Assembly: GCF_009914755.1 (NCBI RefSeq)
Contig: NC_060934.1
DNA: 64,000 bases
Reading direction: 5' to 3' (one strand)
DNA from: the human T2T-CHM13v2.0 reference genome, Homo sapiens
The notes beneath the pieces are model-generated. The model searched no databases and was not told the DNA's origin. It worked only from the letters and a program-made list of their open reading frames with translations. Both the position numbers and the translations under genes were made by a program. Positions 15,279 through 28,303 of the stretch are shown here, piece after piece (position 1 is the first letter of the stretch; the number at the start of each line of letters is the position of its first letter).

Positions 15279-15612
15279 AGCATCTCAGTCCATATGGGTT
15301 GCTATAACAAAATACTTCACACTGGGTGATTTCTAAACAACAGAAATTTCTTGCTCACTGCTTTGGAGGCTGGGAAGTCCAAGATGAAGGTGGCAGCAGA
15401 TTTGGTGTCAGATAAGGGCTGTCAAAGATGGCATCTTCTAGGCTCATCCTCACAAAGTGGAAAGGGGCACCTTTAAACCCCTTTTATAAGGGCACTAATC
15501 TGATTTATAAGGGCAGAGCCCTTGTGACTTAATCACTCCCCCAAAGGTTCTACTTCTTAATATCACCACAAAGGGGACATGAATTCTGGAGGGACACATT
15601 CAGACTATAGTG
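15279..15612 (-). mobile_element. MST/MLT1A-like MaLR LTR
   Basis: 'gctataacaaaatac...ggaggctgggaagtccaagat...ataagggcactaatc...acattcagactatag'. Confidence 0.85.
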
Positions 15613-15965
15613 GATAAGCTGTGCTACCAAGGCGGTAACAAGTGAGTCTTCAGATAAAAATTGAGAAGGAATGGCTAGCGAGATAGAAGAACAGGTGCCC
15701 ACAACCACAGGCACATTAGTCCCAAAGAAGTTAAGGAGGTGAACACTTCCTCTAAATACTTTATTTTAACCTTCATCTAAAAGGTAATTTGCATGTGTTG
15801 GCCTCAAGTAATGAGCATCCACATTTCGAAAAGCCTGCTTCTTTTCCCCTCCTCTCACCTATGCCCTGTATGTTTTGCTCTTAAGATTCCACAAGCCAAG
15901 AGATTCCACTTAGAGCATCATCTAGAAGGAGACCAGCACCCACAAACCAGGAAAGCAGATGTGCC

Positions 15966-16341
15966 TAAAATGGTTTGGCTGTGTCCCCACCCAAATCTCA
16001 TCTTGAATTGTGGTTCCTATAATCCCCACGTGTTGTGGGAGGGGCCCAGTGGGAGGTAACTGGATCATGGGGTTGGTTTCCCCCATGGTATTCTCATGAT
16101 AATGAGTAAGTTCTCACGAGATCTGATGGTTTGATAAGGGGCTTCCCCCTTTGCTCAGTTCTTTCTTCTCCTTCCTGCCACTATCTGAGGAGAGACATGT
16201 TTGCTTCCCCTTCTGTCATGATTGTGAATTTCCTAAGGCCTCTCCAACCCTGTGGAACTGTGAGGCAATTAAACCTCTTTTCTTTATAATTTACCCAGTC
16301 TTGGGCAGTTCTTTCTAGCAGTGTGAGAATGGACTAATACA
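15966..16341 (+). mobile_element. THE1 (THE1C-like) solo LTR
   Basis: 'atggtttggctgtgtccccacccaaatctcatcttgaattg' to 'gactaataca'; TSD gtgcc/gtgtc. Confidence 0.93.
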
Positions 16342-18471
16342 GTGTCCAAAGCACTGAGAACCAAGTTCTGGATTAGGGCCATGTGTGCTTGTACTTCCCA
16401 TCACATATATAATTCTGCAGAACAGCAGAGAGTAGAAATTGCCAACAAGAAAGTTAATGGCCAAGCCTGGTGCTATTCCCAGCCCCCATGGAGGGTGCCA
16501 GAACTCAGCAAAGTTCACAGATGGAGCCCACTTAAGGAAAATGGCACCTCCTAAAAACCAGTATGGCATTAGTGTTAATTGCCAATAGGGAGGGGGAAAC
16601 AGAGGCCATTACATGCAGGAGGGAGCTGTGGTCGCCTGCTCCTGAAAAGAGGCTGCTCGTTATACCACTCCACTCAACTGCAGACACTTGCTGAGGAGGA
16701 AAGTGCTCCCTGGGGCTGCCATTCAGCAGAAAGCCCTTAGACCTGATGCATCCCAATCATTGCTCACTGACCCGGTGTCCTCCCCCAGGCCACACCAAGT
16801 GGCTCAGTTGCCATCCACAGGCTCATTTGTTTGCTCACCCTGCTGTCTGGTTTTAGAAACCTGAAGAGTTAATGATGGAAAAATAAACTTGGTGTAATGT
16901 CTGCTGCCTGCAGATACACAAGCTGCACTGTCGCTAGCTGGGTTTTTCTCCCAGTGAGACAGAGATTAATTATAAGAGGTAAGCATAAAACCCCATTCAT
17001 GAATTTGGGACCATGCAGTGGCAAAGACAGAGACAAATTAGGAGTGTCTCCACCCGTGATGCCTATCAGAGGACTCCAACAGATGGGCTTTCAATGCATG
17101 CACTTTAGAGAAGTGCTTCTTCCTCCATGGCAGGAAAAGCAAATCCACCAGGCTCTCTAAGGAGAGAATCTGGATGCAGAACAATAATGTCCACCATCTG
17201 CATTTCAAAGTCACTGCAGACATGGCTCAGGAATTGGAAGAGAAGTTTGAATAAATATCTCATGGAAGTCACTTTCACTCATTGCTCTTACAGGCTGGCT
17301 AATCAGTCAAAGCAACAACTGTTACTGACACGCAGCATTCATAAATTTGGTACTAAAGCATAGCCAAGAGACCCCTATCCCTTTGAACTTATGTCAGCCC
17401 ATTAAGCTACTCCCAGTGAGTGGAAACTGGTGACCTTGAGAAAGGAGAACGATGAAGCTAATAAAAGAGCTGTGCTGACCTAGTAAAATGTGGGACACTG
17501 AGGCTTTGGGGTTACAGGATCTTTCTGAGAGAACGCTCCTCTTTGAACAGATGAATGGGCATTCACAAAGCTCTACTCTTTTCCGAGGTGTGTGTCTCTG
17601 AAATGTTCTAGTAATCTGGAGTCTGAGATTCCTGTTTACCCCAATGCCCACAGTAAGATGATGGAGGGTCTGAAGGGCTATGCACACCCTCTGCTCCCTC
17701 CCCTGAGCAGGGTCTTAGCTCCAAGGGGCCATACATGCCAGGTCTAGCCCTATAGCTCAGGAAGGCAGATCAGCTGTCATCTGGGGAGGAAGGATCCTAA
17801 AATAAGAATAGATGGGGTAAGCGAGGAGAGGAAGAGTGTGTGGGAGTTAAGCGGAAAAGAGGAAACCTCTCCATTAAAGTTTAAGGTCTACATCTGGTTT
17901 GTTTGTCACTGTTTGCCCAGCACCTAGAACAGAGACTGGCCCATAGCAAGTTGTTGCCTGAGCAATCTTGTATCTCTTCCTGAAATCTTTTGTAGAGTAG
18001 TAGTTCTTATACCTTAGTACTCATTCAGGAGCCTTACCACAGAGCTATCACATTGCAATCTGAGAGTGGAGTTTGGATGGGACTAAAATCTTCATTTTCA
18101 CAGCTCCGCAGGCTGGTCTGCAGACCCTACCTTTAGGAACATTGCATAGGATCTTAGGATGGGCTTTATTTCTGGAATGCAAATGTAATGAAACACTCAG
18201 GAGCTGGAACCTTCAGAGTCCTGCAAAGCATAGCATCTTGTTCTTGGTTTTGATCTGTCTCATCTGTAAGCCAGTCAATCGTTATTTACTCATCAAAACA
18301 GACAGTTAGAAGGAAGGGAGGCATTCGGCTGTCTTTCTGCCTTGTATTATGAATAAGCTCTTGTATATTCTATTTTTGACAGTGAAATAGAAATTAATCA
18401 AAGACAGAATGTCCTATTTGATTATAGGAGCCATCCTTGAGTGAGCCCTTGCATGAAACATTAACTTCAAA

Positions 18472-18648
18472 CAATGTTGTGTCTGAGCTACCTCATACTG
18501 GCCAATTGTGTGCATTTCTTCTCAGCTCCCTGTTCAGTGAAGCCACATTGGTAGCTTGAAATTAACCATGATGGGAATATTTACACTACAGCAATTGGCA
18601 AGTGTTATAAACCAGAGCTTTTGTTAATCCTCTAGCAAAACACTACTG
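18472..18648 (-). mobile_element. MER63-like hAT MITE
   Basis: 'ttggtagcttgaaattaaccatgatgggaatatttacac...caattggcaa'; terminus cactactg. Confidence 0.7.
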
Positions 18649-20454
18649 GCTTTGGCCTGACCAGTCACATCTGTTCTGAAGGTGCAAAATCTTACTTTGC
18701 AGTTCCAGGGAGTGAGAGCAGAAAGCTGCCAGAACAAGGCCACATCATCACTGGGGCCAGGGCTAAATGCACAACCATATGGTCCCTGCAGGATGCCATG
18801 CTGGCAGGGCTAATGTGACCTTCTGTGCTATACTGCAGAGCCTTCTGGGCACCCCTGGACACTTTTCTGCCTACAGTCTTCCTCTCCTCTGACCTCATCT
18901 ACATTTATCCTTTTATTTAGTTTGTTGATCAACCAACATACATTTCCTGAACACTTACGTGCCTATCCTTGTGCCTGGCACTGAAGGGCTTGCAGAGGTG
19001 TTTGAGGCTTGTCTCTAATGGAATTGGGATGGGGGAAAATAGAGCTAATGCCTATGAACACATTCATGAACAATAAAGTGAAAACTGGCAGCAACCTGAT
19101 GTTCATAAATGACAGAAACCAGGGTATACTGGAGGCCTCCAAGGGAATTCCTTGCTCTTCTGTGATCCTGCAGATGCCTGCCTTCCCTTCATTCCACCAG
19201 CAACTTCACTGTATTCTAATGTCCTGTTCACACTGTGTCTCCCCTGCACCTGCCCCTGGAGCTCCACAGGATAGCACTGTGGTCTGATCATCTTTACAGC
19301 CACACTTTGTACATCACAGTTTCCAGCAGATGTCTGGTGGAGGGGTAAGTGGACGGATGGAAGATTTGAGCCTGAAAAGTGGAAAGGACTCAAAACTCAA
19401 GAAAGAGTTGGGAACGTAGAGCTGGTGGAGCTGGGGTAGTAACAGAGTAAACAAAACACTTGAAAAAGACTTAACACTGAACTTGAACCAGGAGCCTTGA
19501 GAAGTTGGTCTGCCTGAAGCTAGACGTGCCTGCTGCATGTTGGAGGAGCAAAAGAGAATGAGGTGGAAGGGGATGGTAAGACGCAGAGGAGCTTGGATCT
19601 GGCTGACTAGGTCAGAGATATTCTAATTATGTTCTTCCAAAGAAGACCAGAGCACCACAGAGGCGCTTCAGGAGTTCTGTAAATAATTTAAATTTAATTT
19701 TCCAAATTACATATTTTAAACAGTAATACAATTACATTGGCACACACAAATTTGATTTACACTAAATTCTAACACATTGTTGACCTCCAGTGGGTTAACT
19801 TGTGCTACTAGATCAACTCTTTGAATAAAACTCTGGCCATAGCTGTTTAATGGAAGGCACTTCTGAGATTGTAGTATGTGCTATTGAACTGTAAATTGTC
19901 CCAGTTTTACTGGACCAAATCAAGATTTTTTCCATTTTGTACAATTTAAACCACATATACAAATAAACTTGATGTTAAGGCTGATATCAGATTGCCATTT
20001 TCTTCCATAGGCACAGATTTCAAAGTTTTAGGTTCATTTTTCTCATTGACTGACTTCGTTATATTCACAAACATTTAATCATTTGAACTCATGAAATAAA
20101 TGTATATTAATATTACACAGTACCTAAGCAGAAACACAGACGTTAAAATTTTTGAAATCTTATTGGGCTAAAGCTAAAAAGCAATGAAGGAAACCCAATT
20201 TGCCTTTAAAAAGCCAAAACTTGCCATCTTATAAGAAGTGGTGATGGGCTAAATGGTTTCTTTGTTTTTGGAAAAACACCAAACTGGAGCCTTTAGTTAT
20301 GGAAATGTCAAGACAAAACTCTCTTCTGAAATGGAGATGCTTGAGATTCAAGCTGTGGCTTTAAGAAGCTTTAAGAAGCTTAAAACTGCTTTGGGAGCAT
20401 AGAGGGAAGTTGGCCTGGGTTGGGGGGCAGACACAAAGATGCTTCTGGGTAGAT

Positions 20455-21490
20455 ATTATGGATTAAATCATGTCTCCCAAAAGATATGTTGAATTCCTAA
20501 CCTCCTGTACTTTCAAATAGGGCCTACTTTGGAAATAGGGTCTTTACAGAGGTGTTACCAGACCCCACCACTTACCAAAGTTAGCCTTTGGGTTGGGGGT
20601 TTTCTCAGTATTGTCCCTTTTGTGGTCACCAGAAAGATGTTACTGGAAAGGGGTCCTAATCCAGACCCCAAGAGAGGGTTCTTGGATCTTGTGCAAGAAA
20701 GAATTTGAGGCAAATCCATAAAGTAAAGTGAAGGCAAATTTATTAGGAAAGTAAAGGAATAAAGAATGGCTACTCCATAGGCAGAGCAGCCCCAAGGACT
20801 GCTGGTTGCCCATTTTTGTAGGTTTTTGATTATATGCTAAACAAGGAGTGGATTATTTATGCCTCCCCTTTTTAGACCATGTAGGGTAACTTCCTGATGT
20901 TGCCATGGCATTTGTAAACTCTCCGTGGTGCTGGTGGGAGTATAGCAGTGAGGATGACCAGAAGTCACTCTCATTGCCATTTTGGTTTTAGTGGGTTTTG
21001 GCTGGCTTCTTTACTGCAACCCATTTTATCAGCAAGGTCTTTATGACCTTTTATCTTGTGCTGACCTCCTATCTCATCCTGTGACTTAGAATCCCTTAAC
21101 CTAGGAATGCAGCCCAGCAGGTCTTAGCCTTGTTTTACCCAGCCCCTATTCAAGATGGAGTTGCTCTGGTTTAAACACCTCTGACAGAGGTAATCAAGTA
21201 AAGATGAGATTGTTAGGGTAGGTTCCATTCCAATATGATTGGCTTCTTCCTGAAAAGGGGAAATGTGGAGATGGAAATAAGACATACGCACAGGGAGAAC
21301 ACCATGTAGAGATTACAATTATGTTGCCACAAGCTAAGGAACTATCAGAAACTAGGACAGATACTATCCAAGAGCCTTCAGAGGAAGCATCGCCCTGTTG
21401 ATACTTCAATTCAGGCTGCTGGCCTCCAACACATTTCTGTTAACTTAATCAGTTTGTGGTGCTTGTTACAATAGCCCCAGGACACAAAAG
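20455..21490 (+). mobile_element. MLT1B-like MaLR LTR (interrupted by MER41)
   Basis: 'tttggaaatagggtctttacagagg|taatcaag' is rejoined when the MER41 is removed; 3' 'agtttgtggtgcttgttacaatagcc'. Confidence 0.85.
20553..21186 (-). mobile_element. MER41A-type ERV1 LTR (20638-21186) with an 85-bp PBS-containing extension (20553-20637)
   Basis: Reverse strand begins tgtcagaggtgtttaaaccagagcaactccatcttgaatagggg and ends cctttccagtaaca; lacks the GAS-containing segment of MER41B; 4-bp TSD gagg at 20549-20552 and 21187-21190. Confidence 0.9.
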
Positions 21491-24018
21491 AGTAGGCCCG
21501 GGCCGATTTTGTACTGATAGAGGTGTCATGGCGTCTGTTGCTCAGCTAGTCCATTAGATAGGGTCTGAGGCCCTGTGGCTAGGAGAGGGTCAGCCCATGA
21601 GGGAAAGTTCCGAGGGACTTAGCACAAGGCTGGAGATTCAAGGTCCAAGTCCATCATCTATTGGGATTCTACAGGAAGTTGTTTGAAAAAGGAATTCTAA
21701 TATTTAAAATAACTCTTATGGTAGAACAAAGGAAAAATCTGAACTTCATAGTGGCAAAACAAAAGTATTTTAGGAAATCCATTTGTTGGTATTATACAGT
21801 GTGTTTAGGATGAGAAGAGGTGGGGCAGAAATGAGCTCAGAAGCTCTGAGGATACAATCCTGAGCTCCCCATGGTTGATGTCCAGTGAATGCTCTTGGGT
21901 TGGACAGTCAATGCATAGGATGAGTCAGGGAGGGTGAGAAGGACTGGGTTTCATAGTGGTTTAGGAGTTGCAGGGTAGACGTGGTAGACATGCCAGGCAA
22001 CTCAAGTCACCCAACCTGGGCCAGAGCAGCCATACATCCAGTCACTCAGGAGCCTGCCCTTGCTTAGAGCACAAAATTTCCTGGAAAAGTGATTTGGCCT
22101 CTGAGCAGGGATCTCTCAGGGGCCCTGGGTTATCATCATCTGGAGTCTAGCCTGCACCTTGCTGCTGAGCTCTTGAGGCCACTCTGCACTCACCAATGAG
22201 ATGAGGTGGTGACTGGACAGCATTTCTACTCAGGGCTCCTCTGGTTTTTCTGTTCAATCTGTTGACCTTGTCAAAAGGAGACCTCACTGATCTGAATGCC
22301 TTATTCCTGACTTTCCTGACTTAGTCTCTTCCCTTTAATTGACAAATAGAGAAGGGAAGAGAAGGGAGGGTGGGGTAGTCCTGGAGATCTGTCAGAAGGG
22401 GCCTTTTGAAGACCTCTCCCCAAGAATTTGGGTCTGTCTGAGCTTCTCGCAATGGTTACCTTGACCTTGGCTCAGGAGAATCACCTTTTAACAACTTCAT
22501 CTATCCCCAGTTATGAGATCACCTGACTCTTGGTGCTACTTGCTGGGCTGATGAGTCAGGCAGATGGTTATCCACTGCCCTGTGGCATCCTGAACTGGTC
22601 TTACTGCATGGCTATTATAGGAAAGTCCTGATTTTAGGTTATTTTCGCTCTTCAATAAAACTTATTATATGTATCATTCAATATAATTACACATGTATAC
22701 TTTGTAGGGCTTTGCATAAAAATTCATATACTAACATCCTTTGTCAGACCTGGTGTCCCAAATCTGACTCAAAAAAAAGAAAAAAAAAAAAATCGGGTCG
22801 TGTTTGACTCATGGCTAGAGGATTGGAAGTCAGAGCCAGAAGACATGGGAGTTAAAAAGGTCCTCATATTACCTGCTCCGTTGTCAAACAAAGTGTTTGT
22901 GAGGCTCAAATAAAACCTGTTGCAATTTATAAAATGCTGTGCATGTATAAGGACTTGGTGGTTGGCAGAATACACCCTTACCAGGTAGCATCATAAACGG
23001 TCTACACTCTCTTCTTGTGCTGGCTGTCTCTTCACATTTGCCTGGTCTTTGTAGTTGGTTGCTGGTAAGGCATCATTATCTGTTCAGAACTTACAGGAAT
23101 TCAAGAGAGCATTGACCCCCATTGAAGGTGGTGCTTAACCTTCCAGGTATGGAGCGAGATGCCTGCCTGCTGACCTACCTGGGCCTCTCAGAGTAGCAAA
23201 CCATGGGACAGGATTATAGCCTCTTCCTTACCCCAGACATATCACCCACAGATTTGTAATAGGGACAGGATTCTCACTAACATGGTGAGATTTGGGGTTA
23301 ATTAATGGGCCATCATGTTTGTGGAGAGGGAAAATATATGTTCTTATATTTGGGATAGTTGCTGAAGTCGTTGGTCCTTTGCCATACAGTGCCAAGGCAT
23401 GCCCCAGTATGAGGCTGGGATAGGTGAGTTTTGATGAAAGGAAAATCCATGTGCTCTCAACATAAGTGACTTTTCCCAGCACAGCCTGCCCCTCTCCTCA
23501 TGCCTCAAGGGTGAAATTTTCCAGAGTCTTACAGCCCTATCTGACCTTACCCTTTCTGACTTACAGCCCTAAGCCTTTGACCAAGCACTTAATGAACTGA
23601 TTGTTTCATACATGGAGATCATTGGCCCTGGCTATTTTTGCTTCCTTAAGTTAGTCCCTTCCCCTGTCTAGCTCTATTTTTTTTCATCTTTAATGAATTT
23701 TCTGTGATACTTTAACTCCTATGATCAGCTAATCTGCAAGTTTCCTGGAGGCAGGAATGATGGATTTATTGGTTATGGGTATATTTCACCCTGTAAGACC
23801 TAGCCAGGTGCAAAGCACATTAGATATGCCACATGAAGCCTTGCTGGCTGACTTGTGAACGAACGAGCTTTAACTCAGTGCAGCCATGATGGAAGAAAGG
23901 TCTGACTTCCTCAGCTACATTTTTCTAAGCAGATGTGTTATTAACAGTCATAGTGACCAGCATTTGCTGAAGGTTCCCTATGCATCTGGGCTTGTGCTGA
24001 CTTATTTAACCCCCAGAG

Positions 24019-24274
24019 CTGAGCTATCCAATATGGTAGCCACTAACCACTTGTGACTACTGGTGAATCTGAATTGAGATGCACTTTCAGTATAAAATAG
24101 ACACTGGATTTCAAAGACTTGGAAGGCTACATTCTGGATCTATCGGGTTAGATGCGAATGTAATTTAATTCACCTGTTTTATTTTTACCTTCTAAATATT
24201 GTTACTAGAAAATTTAAAATTACATACATGGTTTACATTGGTGGCTTTCAGTCTATTCCTGTTGGATAGCTCTG
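24019..24274. mobile_element. MER33-like hAT MITE nested in an antisense MIR (~23950-24420)
   Basis: 'ctatccaatatggtagccactaaccac...aattgagatg...ttggatagctctg'. Confidence 0.75.
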
Positions 24275-24787
24275 CAGTATAGCAATAATCACAGGTGTTA
24301 GTTTCATTTTGCAGGTGAGGACAATTGAGCTCAGAGAGGTTAACAAATTACTTGAGGTCACGTGGTCAGTATCTGCAGGAGCTAGCATTTGACCTTAGGC
24401 CTCTCTGGCTCTGGACACTATACACATGACCGCTGCATTTTACTGTCACTCAAATTTATGACTAAGTGTACTTTTATTCCAAACGAGAGACTAGAGCCAC
24501 ACACGGGCTGATAGAGGAGGGTGTGTGTGGGTGTGTGTCTACCAGGATCACGTATATTGTAAAAACCTCAGCACTCCTTGGCCCAGCCTGAGCTGGGAGC
24601 TCTTGGTGTCCAAGTTCAACCCCCGGGGCCCTAGCCTGCACACCCTGCACAGCCCACCCTACCACAGGAGGTTGGCTGGCTTGTTCAGTGTCTTCTTCCA
24701 GGAGCACAGTACACAGTTGTCACTCCGTGTGAGTTTGTTGATTGATGGAGGATGGAGCTGAGCGAATTTTGCTCTGATATATTCTTG

Positions 24788-24804
24788 AGGTCAGACAGAG
24801 GTCA
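24788..24804 (+). promoter_or_regulatory. Perfect DR5 nuclear-receptor element (RARE-type): AGGTCA gacag AGGTCA
   Basis: Exact direct repeat of AGGTCA with a 5-nt spacer in apparently repeat-free DNA; function is inferred only. Confidence 0.45.
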
Positions 24805-26259
24805 GAACGACAACCTTCCTGAGCTGACAGAATGACCGGGCCGGGGACACACTCTGACTTGCGCATCTCATCAAGACCTTCCAATCTGTCACTTCTATTT
24901 ATCAGCTTTTAATAAAAGGCATTTCCCTCTCCCCGGTGGCTGGAACAGCAATATTATATATCTGTGGTTTGGGATGTGACGGGAAATTAGTAATTAACTC
25001 AGGGAAGCTGAGCAGGGGAAGGGAAGAGAGAACAGAAGCACCACCTGGAATTTGGGAGCATTTTCTAGACATGTTTTTGAGAACACCTTTATTTTCAGAA
25101 ACGGCAGGAACAAACCAGTCTTTGAAGACAGAGCCTTTATTGCTTGTCTCAAAAATATCCAAACACAGTGGGGTTGTACAAGTGTCACACAAGAAATTAG
25201 GTTTCTCTTTTTCCCTGCAAGAACAAATGTTTACAAGTGTGTCACTGGCTCGGTCTCATGGTGAGAAACATAAATAAACGATTTTGCTTTGCTTTGCATC
25301 CAGAGCAAAAACGAGTGAAAACTGTGTCTATGTTTTGGGGATTGGTGCCTGGAGGCTGAAAGTTGCTTACAGCAGAACATTAGACAAAAAAGCCTCTCCC
25401 CACCCCGCCTACTCCCCATTTCCCCCTTTGTCTCCCTGGCTAAAAAACCAATTAAAACTTTCCTGGCCATTTGTAGGGCTGCTGACAACAGGTTCCATGT
25501 CACTGAACTTTGGCTGCCGTCCTGTTCCTGGAATAACAATGTGAGACTTCTAAACTGGCCTCGATGTTAATCGTGGCCGCCGGGGACAGAGCTGTACAGA
25601 TTGCTAGAGGCTCTGATCCAGTATGTTCATTCATTTATCTTGCTTTTCCCCGACATGGTTGCTGTCAGCTGCAGAGCTAAATACTGAGGCATTCTGAGGT
25701 GGTTAACTTCTGCTGAAGCTGAGAAAATAGCTTTCGGAGCCCCTTATCACCAAATCAATCTATCTGGTAAACCCCTGAAACAAGAATAATATGTTTTCAC
25801 AAATTCTCTTCTGGTGTTTGACGGCCCCGAGAAGTTATTTTTTTTCAATTTAGTTTAATTTGACTCTCTCTTTTTTTTATTTTTGAAAATTGAGTTTTTA
25901 TTTCCCTTGTTCATTATTCAAAATTCCTTCGGAGACAAAGTTTGTGAGAGCCTCATGGGGATTTTTCTGATTTTTAACCAGATGCTGCCCTGCCCCTCGC
26001 TCCCCTCTGGCTCTGAGCGCTGAGAAAACAGCTTCCAGGGGGACCTTAAGCCAAGCGGACCTGGAAGCTGCCCCTTAAAAGTGCTTTAGGTTAACTTCTT
26101 GGCCCTAGGGACCTGTCACCCTGAGCTGTCTGTCCCCTTGAGCTCCCAGGGTAGACGGCAAGGCTGTGACCACTGAGTCAGGTCTTCAAACACTCACCTG
26201 GCAGGAACTGGGAGCCAGGGCCGGCAGGGGGATGGTGGAGATGCCAAAGATAAAGTCAC

Positions 26260-26530
26260 AGCTGCCCTGTTGAAAATTAATGTCAACCACATATGAAATT
26301 AGCATTTTTCACAGCTACATAAAAAGGTAAAAAAGAAATCTGTGACATTATTTTAATAACATATGCAACACGATATATTCAACATATTATTTCAACATGG
26401 AATAAATATAAATACATTATTAATGAGATATTTTAATTTTTTTTGTAGGAACTTCAGTGCATTTATTACTGATAGCACTTCTCAAGTCAGCCTAGCCACA
26501 TGTGGCCAGTGGCTACCATGTTGGGCAGCC
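26260..26530. mobile_element. MER33-like hAT MITE
   Basis: 'tagccacatgtggccagtggctaccatgttgggcagc' terminus; AT-rich body. Confidence 0.7.
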
Positions 26531-26550
26531 CATGTCTAAGTTAACAGGCC

Positions 26551-26938
26551 TGATATGGTTTGGCTGTGTGTCCCCACCCACATCTCATCTTGAATTGTAA
26601 TCCCCATGTGTCGAGGGAGGGAGGTGATTGGGTCATGGGGGTGGTTTCCTCCATGCTGTTCTCGTGATATGAGTGAGTTCTCACCATATCTGATGGTTTT
26701 ATAAGGCAGTTTTCCCTGCTCTCTCTCTCTCTCGCCTGCCACCATATAATACATGCCTGCCACCATGTAAGATGTGCCTGCTGCCATGTAAGATGTGCCT
26801 GCTTCCCCTTCCACCATGATTTTAAGTTTCCTAAACCTCCCCCGCCATGAGGAACTGTGAGTCAATTACACCTCTTTGCTTTATAAATTACCCAGTCTCA
26901 GATATTTGTTTATAGCAATGTGAAAACAGACTAATACA
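26551..26938 (+). mobile_element. THE1D-like solo LTR
   Basis: tgatatggtttgg...gactaataca; perfect TSD aggcc at 26546-26550 and 26939-26943. Confidence 0.93.
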
Positions 26939-27399
26939 AGGCCCCACCTGCTCAGTGTCCGGAACAGCCATGTGAGGGTTGAAGGAGGATTGTGCTGAGT
27001 CAGCATGGGATGTAGACAACACATTCCTGGATTGAATTACTAGGGAGAAATGGATAAGGCAATAGGGGTTGGTGACTAGAGTTGCCAAAATAGTTCCAGA
27101 GAAGACAGGACATAGAAGATGCCATGATTTAATCACAGACAGAGCACAGAGGAAACTATAATCTAGGCTGGAAGCAGTAGCATCTCCAGTGCCAGAGAAA
27201 TTGAGGCAGGACTCCCTCCCTCCCATACACTCCCAACCCTGAGGCAACTTCCCTGCAGCCCAGGGAATGCCTTAGGCACATGACATGTAGTTGGGGGCAA
27301 CCTCTCCATACAGGGAGATGCTGAGGACTTGACCAGTGTGACCACGGCCCTTGGAGACATTGCTTGCATGCAGCACAGCATAGGGGTTACAGGCAGGGG

Positions 27400-27555
27400 C
27401 TTCACCTCTAGTCATCTTTGGTATAAATTCTGGCTTTGCCACTTAGCATGTGTGGACTTTGGGTAAATGGTTTAACTTCTCTGAGTAAGTTTGTCTCATC
27501 TGAAAGATGAGGACAATAGTGATACCTACCTCCTAGGGCAGTTGGCAGGATTCCA
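27400..27555 (+). mobile_element. MIR fragment
   Basis: 'actttgggtaaatggtttaacttctctgag...tctcatctgaaagatgaggacaatag'. Confidence 0.65.
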
Positions 27556-27851
27556 TGGAGTCCTTGGCCCCCTAACTGTTCTTTATTGTTCAGAACTGGA
27601 AAAAAGAAGTCAAGAATTGCTTTCTGTTATAGGCAGCATTAGCAAGGTACAGCATGTGCTTCTTTCTGGTCGCGGTCAGATGTTTTCAAACCTGAATTAT
27701 ATTAGAGAAGAGGAGAGAGCCAGGTCAGAGGTGGCTCCTGTTTGTTTGGGTGGAAAGGGTCGCTTGGTCTATTCAGCTGATACATGGCTTTCTTCCTTGC
27801 AGGCTTGTCCATTTTTTACCTCCACCACATTTCTGATCACCTCAGTCCTGA

Positions 27852-28303
<452 letters not shown>

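Noticed and set aside
20638-21186. MER41 as an interferon-gamma/STAT1 enhancer
   Set aside because: This copy is the A type: the sequence reads ggattatttatgcctcccc and lacks the tandem TTCNNNGAA segment of MER41B.
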